The notes beneath the pieces were generated by a model, which made no database searches, was not told where the DNA came from, and saw only the letters and a program-made list of their open reading frames with translations. Position numbers and translations under genes: made by a program. Positions 1 through 7,586 of a stretch of 55,852 bases of DNA are shown piece by piece (within the stretch, counting starts at the first letter, position 1; each line of letters opens with the position of its first letter). The DNA comes from Chloroflexota bacterium (GTDB lineage Bacteria; Chloroflexota; Limnocylindria; Limnocylindrales; CSP1-4): assembly GCA_025351245.1 (NCBI GenBank), contig JANXWH010000098.1, forward strand, positions 1 through 55,852, given 5' to 3'.

Positions 1-568
1 GGCTCGCGTTGGTGACGTCGGTGATGTGGACGCCGCCCGACGTGCCGCCGGTCAGGTTCCAGATGCACCAGGTGTCGATGTTGCCAAACAGGAGATCGCC
101 GGCCTCGGCCTTGGCCCGGGCGCCCGCGACGTTGTCGAGGATCCACTTGGCCTTCGGGCCGGAGAAATAGGTCGCCAGCGGAAGGCCGGTCTTCGGCCGG
201 AGACGATCCGAGCCGCCATCCGCGGCAAGCGCGGCGCAGATGTCAGCGGTCCGGGTGTCCTGCCAGACGATCGCGTTGTAGACGGGCTTGCCGGTGTGGC
301 GATCCCAGACCACCGTGGTCTCGCGCTGGTTCGTGACGCCGACCGCGGCGAGGTCCGCGGCGGTGATGCCGGCCTTGGCGAGGGCGCCGCGGATGACCTC
401 TTGCGACCGGGTCCAGATCTCCTCGGGGTTGTGCTCGACCCAGCCGGGCTTCGGGAAGATCTGCTCGTGCTCCTTCTGATCGACCGCGACGACGGCACCG
501 GCGTGGTCGAAGATCATGAAGCGGGTGCTCGTCGTGCCCTGGTCGAGCGCGCCGACGTATTTCGTCAT
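1..568 (-). CDS. glpK: Glycerol kinase, N-terminal part (the 3' end runs off the window)
   Basis: Absent from the ORF track because it is cut by the window edge. The reverse complement of 541-568 reads ATG ACG AAA TAC GTC GGC GCG CTC GAC (MTKYVGALD). It continues [13 protein letters not shown]...[11 protein letters not shown], a typical FGGY glycerol kinase N-terminus. Confidence 0.9.
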   Translation of the reverse strand, partial: MTKYVGALDQGTTSTRFMIFDHAGAVVAVDQKEHEQIFPKPGWVEHNPEEIWTRSQEVIRGALAKAGITAADLAAVGVTNQRETTVVWDRHTGKPVYNAIVWQDTRTADICAALAADGGSDRLRPKTGLPLATYFSGPKAKWILDNVAGARAKAEAGDLLFGNIDTWCIWNLTGGTSGGVHITDVTNAS

Positions 569-606
569 GTCTTTCTCCGTACGGATCGAAATGGCGCGCG
601 CCGGCG

Positions 607-1248
607 CTAGCCGGCGCGCAAAGCGTCGCGAAGGGATTCGAACAGGATCGTGGTGCTCGTCGCGCCCGGATCCTGGTGGCCGGCGGAGCGTTCTCCCAGG
701 TAGCTCGCCCTGCCCTTGCGGGCCACGAACGGGGTGACCCGGTCGCGTCCCTCGGCGGCCGCGATGGCGGCAGCGTCCAGAGCGGCCGGGAGGTCCCCGA
801 CGCCCGCCTCGAGCGCGGCGACGGCCGGCACCATGGCATCGACCATCGTCTTGTCGTCGAGCCCGGCCTTGCCGCGGGCGATGACGCCCTCCAGCCCGGC
901 ACGGAACCCTGCGGCAAGCTCGGTGGGGCCGATCTCCGTGGCCGTTCCGAACGCGGTGCCGAGGCGAAGGAAGAACGTCCCGTAGAGGGGGCCGCTCGCC
1001 CCGCCGACCGTCGAGATGAGCTTCATGCCAGTCTGCTTGAAGAGCGTCCCGGCATCGCCATCCGGGAGCCCCGGGAGGAGCTCCATGATGGCGGTCATCC
1101 CGCGGTCCATGTTGATCCCGTGGTCCGCGTCGCCGATGGCGGAGTCGAGCTGCGTCAGCTCCTCCTTTGCGTCGTGGATCCGGGCGGCGAACGTCTCGAG
1201 GAAGCGCGAGAAGTCGCCTGTGGAGATCACGGGCGTCAGACTCCCCAC
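607..1248 (-). CDS. dhaL: Dihydroxyacetone kinase subunit L (ADP-binding, DAK2 domain)
   Basis: DAK2 motifs are present: [31 protein letters not shown] and [21 protein letters not shown]. The GTG at 1248 overlaps the dhaK stop. An alternative in-frame GTG lies at 1230. Confidence 0.9.
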   Translation of the reverse strand: MGSLTPVISTGDFSRFLETFAARIHDAKEELTQLDSAIGDADHGINMDRGMTAIMELLPGLPDGDAGTLFKQTGMKLISTVGGASGPLYGTFFLRLGTAFGTATEIGPTELAAGFRAGLEGVIARGKAGLDDKTMVDAMVPAVAALEAGVGDLPAALDAAAIAAAEGRDRVTPFVARKGRASYLGERSAGHQDPGATSTTILFESLRDALRAG

Positions 1249-2234
1249 CGCAGGGCGGGTGTCTTGACCGGCGCGTCCCAGAACCGGAGCAGCTCGTCGT
1301 CGAGCTTGAGGAGCGTGATCGACAATCCCGCCATCTCGAGCGACGTGATGTAGCTCCCGACCAGGTTGCGCGCGATCGTGATCCCGCGTCCTGTCAGGAT
1401 CTCGTTCACCTTCCGGTAGGCCACGTAGAGCTCGATGAGCGGCGTGCCACCCATCCCGTTGACGAACGCGAGGACGCGGTCCCCGCTCGCGAAGATGCCC
1501 TCCTCGAGGATCGGCGTGACAAGCATCTCGACGATCTCGTCGGCCGGCCGGAGTGCTTCGCGCCGGCGTCCGGGCTCACCGTGGATGCCGACGCCGATCT
1601 CCATCTCCGTATCGGAGATGTCGAAGGTCGGCTTGCCGGCGGCGGGCACGGTGCAGGAGGTCAGGGCCATGCCCATCGACCGGACGTTGTCCTGGACCTT
1701 CTGGCAGAGCGCGGTGACCGTCTTGAGGTCGGCGCCGGCCTCGGCGGCCGCTCCGACGATCTTCTCGGCGAGCACGGTGCCGCCGACGCCGCGGCGACCC
1801 GCCGTGTAGAGCGAGTCCTTCACGGCAACGTCGTCGGCGATGACGACCGAGGCGACCTCGATCCCCTCCGCCTGCGCGAGCTCGGCCGCGATCTCGAAGT
1901 TCATGATGTCGCCGGTGTAGTTCTTCACGATGTGAAGGACGCCGGCGCCACCGTTGACCGCCTTCGTGGCGGCGAGCATCTGATCAGGCACGGGCGAGGT
2001 GAAGACTGCGCCCGGGCAGGCCGCATCAAGCATGCCGAGCCCGACGAAACCGCCGTGCATCGGCTCGTGGCCTGAGCCACCGCCGGAGATGACGCCCACC
2101 TTGCCGGGGCGAGGCGCGTCCTTGCGGACGATGATGTTCGGTTCCTCGACGCGAATGAGGTCGGGGTGCGCCGCGGCCATGCCGGCGAGCGCCTCGTCAA
2201 CCTCGCGCTCCGGGGTGTTGATGAGCTTCTTCAT
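1236..2234 (-). CDS. dhaK: Dihydroxyacetone kinase subunit K (DAK1 domain)
   Basis: The protein reads MKKLINTPE...[35 protein letters not shown]. The ATG at 2234 was chosen because GGAGGAG lies just upstream. The track ORF starts 6 codons earlier. Confidence 0.92.
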   Translation of the reverse strand: MKKLINTPEREVDEALAGMAAAHPDLIRVEEPNIIVRKDAPRPGKVGVISGGGSGHEPMHGGFVGLGMLDAACPGAVFTSPVPDQMLAATKAVNGGAGVLHIVKNYTGDIMNFEIAAELAQAEGIEVASVVIADDVAVKDSLYTAGRRGVGGTVLAEKIVGAAAEAGADLKTVTALCQKVQDNVRSMGMALTSCTVPAAGKPTFDISDTEMEIGVGIHGEPGRRREALRPADEIVEMLVTPILEEGIFASGDRVLAFVNGMGGTPLIELYVAYRKVNEILTGRGITIARNLVGSYITSLEMAGLSITLLKLDDELLRFWDAPVKTPALRWGV

Positions 2235-2356
2235 GCGCTCCTCCAATGGCAAGTCAACGGCGGATGCTCAGGGATGCCATGGACCTGATCGGAGCGCCGG
2301 CGGCGGGGCCGAAGCCGCCGGCGCGCGGGATCGCGAGGATCCCTCCTGGGATCAGG

Positions 2357-3091
2357 TCAGTTCGGGAGAACCTTCAGGATGAAGTTCTGGTACAGGGAGA
2401 CCCACACGACCGCGGCCACGGCACCGCCGATGAGCGGTCCGACCACCGGGATCCAGGCGTACTCCCAGTCGCTGCTGCCCTTGCCGGGGATCGGCAGGAT
2501 GGCATGCATGATCCGCGGCCCAAGGTCGCGGGCGGGGTTGATCGCGTACCCGGTCGTACCTCCAAGCGAGAGGCCAATCACGACGACGAGGAGCGCGACG
2601 GCCAACGGGCCCAGGCTCGCAGTGTTCTTGCCGAACGTGAGGATGACGAACACCAGCACGAAGGTCCCGATGATCTCCGAGAGCACGTTCCAGAGCGGGC
2701 TGCGGATCGCCGGGCCGGTGCTGAAGACGGCGAGCTTGAGGCCCGGGTCCTCGGTCTCAGCCCAGTGCGGGTAGTAGTGCAGGAAGACGAGCGTGGCACC
2801 GATGAACGCGCCCAGGAACTGGGCCACGAGGTACATCGGCACCTGGTCCCACGGGGTCTTGCCGGCGATGGCGAGACCGAGGGTGACCGCCGGGTTCAGG
2901 TGCGCGCCGCTGTACGGGCCCGAAACCACGACACCCGAGAAGACGGCCAATCCCCACGCGAGGGTGATGACGACCCAGCCGCCCGCAAAGGCCTTGGACT
3001 TGTTCAGGAGGACGCCCGCGACCACGCCGTCGCCGAGGAGGATCAGGATCATGGTCCCGATCAGTTCCGCTACGAATGCTTCTGGTTTCAT
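2357..3091 (-). CDS. glpF: Glycerol uptake facilitator (aquaglyceroporin, MIP family)
   Basis: Two NPA motifs (HLNPAVT and INPARDLGPR) and multiple TM segments are present. The ATG at 3091 is preceded by GGGAG. Confidence 0.9.
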   Translation of the reverse strand: MKPEAFVAELIGTMILILLGDGVVAGVLLNKSKAFAGGWVVITLAWGLAVFSGVVVSGPYSGAHLNPAVTLGLAIAGKTPWDQVPMYLVAQFLGAFIGATLVFLHYYPHWAETEDPGLKLAVFSTGPAIRSPLWNVLSEIIGTFVLVFVILTFGKNTASLGPLAVALLVVVIGLSLGGTTGYAINPARDLGPRIMHAILPIPGKGSSDWEYAWIPVVGPLIGGAVAAVVWVSLYQNFILKVLPN

Positions 3092-3351
3092 GCTCACTCC
3101 CTCTATTGGGTGGACGCCAACGTCGGCTGCAAGCCTGCTGGCTCGATCCCTCCACTGCCGCGGCCGCGACCCCGGCCCGGGTCGCCTGGCGGCCGATCAC
3201 GCCGACGCCACAGTGCCCTCGAGCACTGTTGCGGAAACGGTACGCCCGCCGGGGGGCCGAAAACGTCAAGGAAACGTCTAGGTTGCAGAAACGTTGCGGT
3301 TTGCGGCCGTGAAAGACGGTGCCGGCGACGGCACAGGCAAGGCTTCGCGGG

Positions 3352-3999
3352 TCAGGCGCCGCCCGCCGCCGCGTCCGCGAGGGCCCGGAGGAGCAGCGCG
3401 CTGGAGACGGCGCCGGGGTCGAGGTGGCCGATGGACCGCTCCCCCAGGTAGCTCGCCCGACCCTTGGTCGCAAGGAGCGGCAGCGTGTCGCGAGCGCCGG
3501 CTTCGGCCGCGTCGGCCGCGCGGTGCAGCGCGCTCGCGACATCGACGCCGGTCGCACCCGCAGCCTCACAAGCGACGACCGCGGGGACGAGCGCGTCGAG
3601 CATCGTCTTCTCGCCTGGCCGGGAGCGACCGAGGGCGGCCACGCCGTCGACGGCCGCCCGGAGGACAGCCGCAAGCTGTGCCGAGGTCACGACCGACCCA
3701 CCAGGCCAGGCCTCCAGCGCAGCGCCCGCCCGCAGGAGCGCACGGCCGTAAAGCGCGCCGCTGGCCCCCCCGACCGTGCCGGTGATGGTCCGGCCCGCCA
3801 GCACCAACAGGGGTCCCGGGGCGTCCGTGGCGAAGTCGCCGGCGGCCAGCCGGGCCTCCAGCGCGCCGAAGCCGCGGTGCAGGTTGATGCCGTGATCCCC
3901 ATCGCCGATCGCAGCGTCGAGCTCGGTCAGGTGCACGCGCTCCGCGGCGATCCGGGATGCGGCCAGGCGAAGCCAGCCGGCGATGAGCGCGCCGCTCAC
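3352..3999 (-). CDS. DhaL-like DAK2-domain protein, paralogue 2
   Basis: DAK2 motifs are present: LDAAIGDGDHGINL, GGASGALYG, GEKTMLDA and [21 protein letters not shown]. The track ORF extends to 4230, but that part overlaps dhaM. The in-frame GTG at 3999, 20 nt after the dhaM stop, is taken as the start. Confidence 0.75.
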   Translation of the reverse strand: MSGALIAGWLRLAASRIAAERVHLTELDAAIGDGDHGINLHRGFGALEARLAAGDFATDAPGPLLVLAGRTITGTVGGASGALYGRALLRAGAALEAWPGGSVVTSAQLAAVLRAAVDGVAALGRSRPGEKTMLDALVPAVVACEAAGATGVDVASALHRAADAAEAGARDTLPLLATKGRASYLGERSIGHLDPGAVSSALLLRALADAAAGGA

Positions 4000-4018
4000 G
4001 AGGTGGGCCGCCGCGCGG

Positions 4019-4450
4019 TCACCCCGGAGCCGTCCCGTTGGCCGGCCAGTCGTCGGGGAGCTTGTCGTGCCCTGGCGGCACCTCCGAGGCGGCCAGCACG
4101 GCGGTGAGCGGTCCGCCGCCTGCGGCCTCGACGGCCGCTCGCACGGCCCCCTCGACGAGCGCGCCGCGACTGACCCGGACCCGCGCCCGATCGGCCGGCA
4201 CGAGATCGTCGAGCGCCATCTCGAGCGCAAGCGCGGCGCTGCCCAGGTCGAGCAGCACGACAGCGCCGTCCGGAGCCTCCGCGAGGACCCCGCGCACCGC
4301 CGCGAGGATCATCGGCGCGCTGGTCCCCAGTGCGCCGCCGTCCGTGCCGCCGGCCACGCTGACGAGGACTGCGGGCGCGGCCTGGGCCAGCATCGCGCGG
4401 AGCCCGCGGAGCAGCTCGGGGCTGTGGCCGACCAGGACGATCGCGACCAT
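4019..4450 (-). CDS. dhaM: PTS-dependent dihydroxyacetone kinase phosphotransfer subunit, single EIIA(Man)-like domain
   Basis: The N-terminus MVAIVLVGHSPELLRGL has the conserved His9 context, followed by VLLDLGSA. The ATG at 4450 is preceded by GGAGG with a 7-nt spacer. Confidence 0.75.
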   Translation of the reverse strand: MVAIVLVGHSPELLRGLRAMLAQAAPAVLVSVAGGTDGGALGTSAPMILAAVRGVLAEAPDGAVVLLDLGSAALALEMALDDLVPADRARVRVSRGALVEGAVRAAVEAAGGGPLTAVLAASEVPPGHDKLPDDWPANGTAPG

Positions 4451-4528
4451 CGAGCACCTCCGGGCATCCGGCGGTCCGCCCCGGATCGCCGCGGACGGGC
4501 CCGCGGCGGAGGGTAGACTCTGCGCTGC

Positions 4529-5254
4529 ATGAGTCTAGGACGACCCGACCGGCAGGCGGTGGGTGCCGGCGCCACAGCGGTCACGATCACCGCGGAGGAC
4601 GTCGTCGCCTTCATCGGGCGCGCGGCGACGACGATCGCCCGTCACGAGGCGCTGCTCGACCGGCTCGATGCCGCGCTCGGTGACGGCGATCACGGCACGA
4701 ACATGACCACCGGCCTCCAGGCCGTGGTCCGCGCCCTCACGGACGAAGCACCGGCGGAGGCGGTCGGCCCGCTCGACGTCGGGGCATTGCTCCGCCGGAT
4801 CGGGCACACCCTGGTCGGCAGTGTCGGCGGTGCCAGCGGCCCCCTCTACGGGACGCTGTTCATCGAGACGGGATTCGCGCTGGACGGGCGACACGCGGTG
4901 GACCTGCCCACCCTCGCCCATGCGCTCGACGCGGGCCGGGCCGGTCTCGCACGTCGCGGCCGTTGCGCGCTCGGCGACAAGACGATCCTCGATGCCCTGG
5001 AGCCCGCCACCCGGGCACTCCTCGCCGGGGCGGCGACGGGGCTCCCGCCCGACGAGGCCTTCGTGCGGGCGGCCCGGGCGGCTCGGGCGGGCGTCCGCGC
5101 CACGATCCCGATGGTCGCTCGACGGGGGCTCGCCCTGCGGCTGGGTGAACGATCGCGCGGCCATCGCGACCCCGGCGCGACCTCGTGCTTCCTCCTCGTT
5201 CGCTCCATGCTGGACGGACGGACCGGACGGCGCCCGCACGTGCGACCCCGGTGA
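4529..5254 (+). CDS. DhaL-like DAK2-domain protein, paralogue 3, first gene of an operon with a two-component system
   Basis: DAK2 motifs are present: [32 protein letters not shown] and RLGERSRGHRDPGA. Its TGA stop (5252-5254) overlaps the GTG (5251-5253) of the downstream kinase. Confidence 0.75.
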   Translation: MSLGRPDRQAVGAGATAVTITAEDVVAFIGRAATTIARHEALLDRLDAALGDGDHGTNMTTGLQAVVRALTDEAPAEAVGPLDVGALLRRIGHTLVGSVGGASGPLYGTLFIETGFALDGRHAVDLPTLAHALDAGRAGLARRGRCALGDKTILDALEPATRALLAGAATGLPPDEAFVRAARAARAGVRATIPMVARRGLALRLGERSRGHRDPGATSCFLLVRSMLDGRTGRRPHVRPR

Positions 5255-6852
5255 GCGACGAGGACGCACTCCGGGCGCGCGTGGCGACCCTGGAGGACGA
5301 GCGCCGGCGAGCCTTCGACGAGGCCCAACGCGAGGCGGACGCGATGTTCGCCCAGTACCAGCTGAGCCAGTTGCTGGCCTCCGGCGACAACCTGGAGAAG
5401 CTGGCGCCGGCCGTCCTCGCGGAGATCGCCCGGACGAGCGGAGCCGGGGCCGCCGCGCTCTGGCTGGCAGATCGGACGCGGCGGACGTTTCATCTGATCG
5501 CGTCGGTCGAACCGGGGGACGAGCCGACGGCAAGCGGATCGGACGGCGGCACCGAGCTTCCGATCGCGTTCGCCGACTCCGGTACGGCGGGTCGCTGGGC
5601 TGCCCGCGCCGGCTGGTTCGGCGTCCCGCTCGAGGAGAGCCGCGCCCTGGGCGTCGGCGGGGCGGGCCGCGTCGCGCTCGGCTACCTCGCGATCCGGCCG
5701 GCGCGCGGTGGGACGCTGGACCCTGGACACGCCCGCTATCTCGGGCTCGTTCGGCGAGAGCTGGCCCTTGCGTTCCGGGCCGCCCAGCTGCGCGGGGCCC
5801 TCCTGCACGAACGGGCGACGCTCGCCGCGATCCTCGATGGCGCGAGTGACGCGATCATCGCGGTGGACTCCGATCGCCGGATCACCCGGCTCAACGGTGC
5901 AGCGGCGCGGCTCGTCGGCGCGGCGGAGCGCCAGGGAATCGGGGCGACCTGCGAAGCCTTCCTGGGGTGCCTGCCGGAGGATGGCGGCAGTCGCGGCTGC
6001 GGACGCACCTGCCCCTTCCGGGAGGTGCTGGCCCACGGGCGGCCGCTGATCCGCGAGCAGATCGTCGCCGGCGTGGACAGTGGGGCGATCCCGGTCGCGG
6101 CGAGCTACGCGCGGATGACGGGCTCGCCACCGGGCGCGGTCGCGGTCCTGCGGGACCTGCGCGTGACGCGCTCGCTCGATGCGCTCAAGTCAAGCTTCGT
6201 CGCCACGATCTCGCATGAGCTTCGGACGCCCCTCGCCCTCATCAGCGGCCATTCGCAGAGCCTCCTTCACCTGGGCCTCGACGCGCCCACGAGCCGACAC
6301 CACCTGGAGCGGATCGGGGATGCCGTGGACCGGCTCGGCTCACTGGTGGACGACGTGATCGACGTGTCGCGCCTCGAGAGTGACCAGCTCCTGCTCGACC
6401 GCGCGCCCGTCGACCTCCAGGCCCTGCTGCGTGCGTTTGCCGCAGAGCAGGGCGAGCTACCCGGGGCGCCATCGATCACGCTGGACGTGCCGGCCCTGCC
6501 GCAGGTGGACGTGGATGCCCGCCGCATCCGGCAGGTCATGGCAAACCTGGCGGCGAACACGCAGAAGTACGCGGGCACGGGTGCGTCGATCACGATTCGT
6601 GCTCGCCACCTGCCCCCGGACTCGGTTGTCGTCACGTTCGCCGACGACGGCGAGGGGATCGACTCCGCGGAGCGGGCCCAGGTGTTCGACCGGTTCTTCC
6701 GGGGCGAGCGCGTCCGCGAGTCCCGCCTTCCCGGGAGCGGCCTCGGGCTCTACCTGTGCCGGCGGCTGGTCGAGGCGCACGGGGGCTGGATCCGGCTGGA
6801 CATGGCACGCCGCGGCATGTCGATCTCGTTCCGGCTCCCGGTGCTCCAGTGA
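5251..6852 (+). CDS. Soluble sensor histidine kinase (coiled-coil/GAF-like N-terminus, PAS with a Cys-rich motif, HisKA, HATPase_c)
   Basis: It has the H-box SHELRTPL and an N-box/G-box region (NLAANTQKY, DDGEGI, GSGLGLYLCRRLVEAHGG). No TM segments were seen. The GTG at 5251 is taken as start because of the GTGA overlap; the track ORF starts at 5185. Confidence 0.85.
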   Translation: MSDEDALRARVATLEDERRRAFDEAQREADAMFAQYQLSQLLASGDNLEKLAPAVLAEIARTSGAGAAALWLADRTRRTFHLIASVEPGDEPTASGSDGGTELPIAFADSGTAGRWAARAGWFGVPLEESRALGVGGAGRVALGYLAIRPARGGTLDPGHARYLGLVRRELALAFRAAQLRGALLHERATLAAILDGASDAIIAVDSDRRITRLNGAAARLVGAAERQGIGATCEAFLGCLPEDGGSRGCGRTCPFREVLAHGRPLIREQIVAGVDSGAIPVAASYARMTGSPPGAVAVLRDLRVTRSLDALKSSFVATISHELRTPLALISGHSQSLLHLGLDAPTSRHHLERIGDAVDRLGSLVDDVIDVSRLESDQLLLDRAPVDLQALLRAFAAEQGELPGAPSITLDVPALPQVDVDARRIRQVMANLAANTQKYAGTGASITIRARHLPPDSVVVTFADDGEGIDSAERAQVFDRFFRGERVRESRLPGSGLGLYLCRRLVEAHGGWIRLDMARRGMSISFRLPVLQ

Positions 6853-7586
6853 TGCCGGACCCGATGCCCGGGGCGCGAATCCTCATCGTGGAGGACGAGC
6901 CGGAGTTCGCCGACCTCCTGGCGCTGTGGGTTGAGCGGCACGGCTGGCAGCCGCGCGTGGCCCGCGACGGCGCCGCGGCGATCGTCGTCTTCGAGGCGGA
7001 GACGCCCGACCTCGTCCTGCTGGACCTGAGCCTGCCCCGACTGAACGGCTGGCAGGTGATCGAACGGATCCGCGCGTCGAGCCTGGTCCCGATCCTCCTG
7101 GTCACCGCGCGCGATTCCGAGCAGGACAAGATCCGCGGCCTGGGCGCCGGCGCAGATGACTACGTCACCAAACCGCTCAGCTTCCCGGAGCTGATGGCGC
7201 GCATCAAGGCCCTCCTCCGTCGAGCCAATGCCCACGCCGTGGTGATCGCCGGCGACGAGCTCCGCCACCCGGGGCTGGTCATCGACGGGCGCGGCCACCG
7301 CGCGACCGCGGGCGGCCACGAGATCCACCTGACGCCGACCGAGTACCGCCTGCTCCGCCACCTTGCCGAGCGCCCGGAATCCGTGGTCGGCCACGCCGAC
7401 CTGCTGACCGCGGTCTGGGGCGCGGGCTACCGCGAGGAACGCCACCTCCTGCGCGTGACGATGCGCAACCTGCGGGCGAAGCTCACCGAGGCGGCGCCGA
7501 CCCGGCGGTTCATCGCGACGAGCTACGGCGTGGGCTATCGGTTCCGGGCCGGCGCGGACGCCGCGGAGACCGCGGACGAGGGCTGA
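6852..7586 (+). CDS. OmpR/PhoB-family response regulator
   Basis: The receiver domain reads ILIVEDEPE...LVLLDLSLP...DDYVTKP. The winged-helix output reads LTPTEYRLLRHL...GVGYRF. The ATG at 6852 shares one nucleotide with the kinase TGA (TGATG). Confidence 0.9.
   Translation: MPDPMPGARILIVEDEPEFADLLALWVERHGWQPRVARDGAAAIVVFEAETPDLVLLDLSLPRLNGWQVIERIRASSLVPILLVTARDSEQDKIRGLGAGADDYVTKPLSFPELMARIKALLRRANAHAVVIAGDELRHPGLVIDGRGHRATAGGHEIHLTPTEYRLLRHLAERPESVVGHADLLTAVWGAGYREERHLLRVTMRNLRAKLTEAAPTRRFIATSYGVGYRFRAGADAAETADEG

Noticed and set aside
7535-7586. The 52-nt convergent overlap of the response regulator and mfd 3' ends as a possible antisense regulatory feature.
   Set aside because: It is more likely a consequence of poorly conserved, low-complexity C-terminal tails in a high-GC genome. 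No structure or motif was seen.
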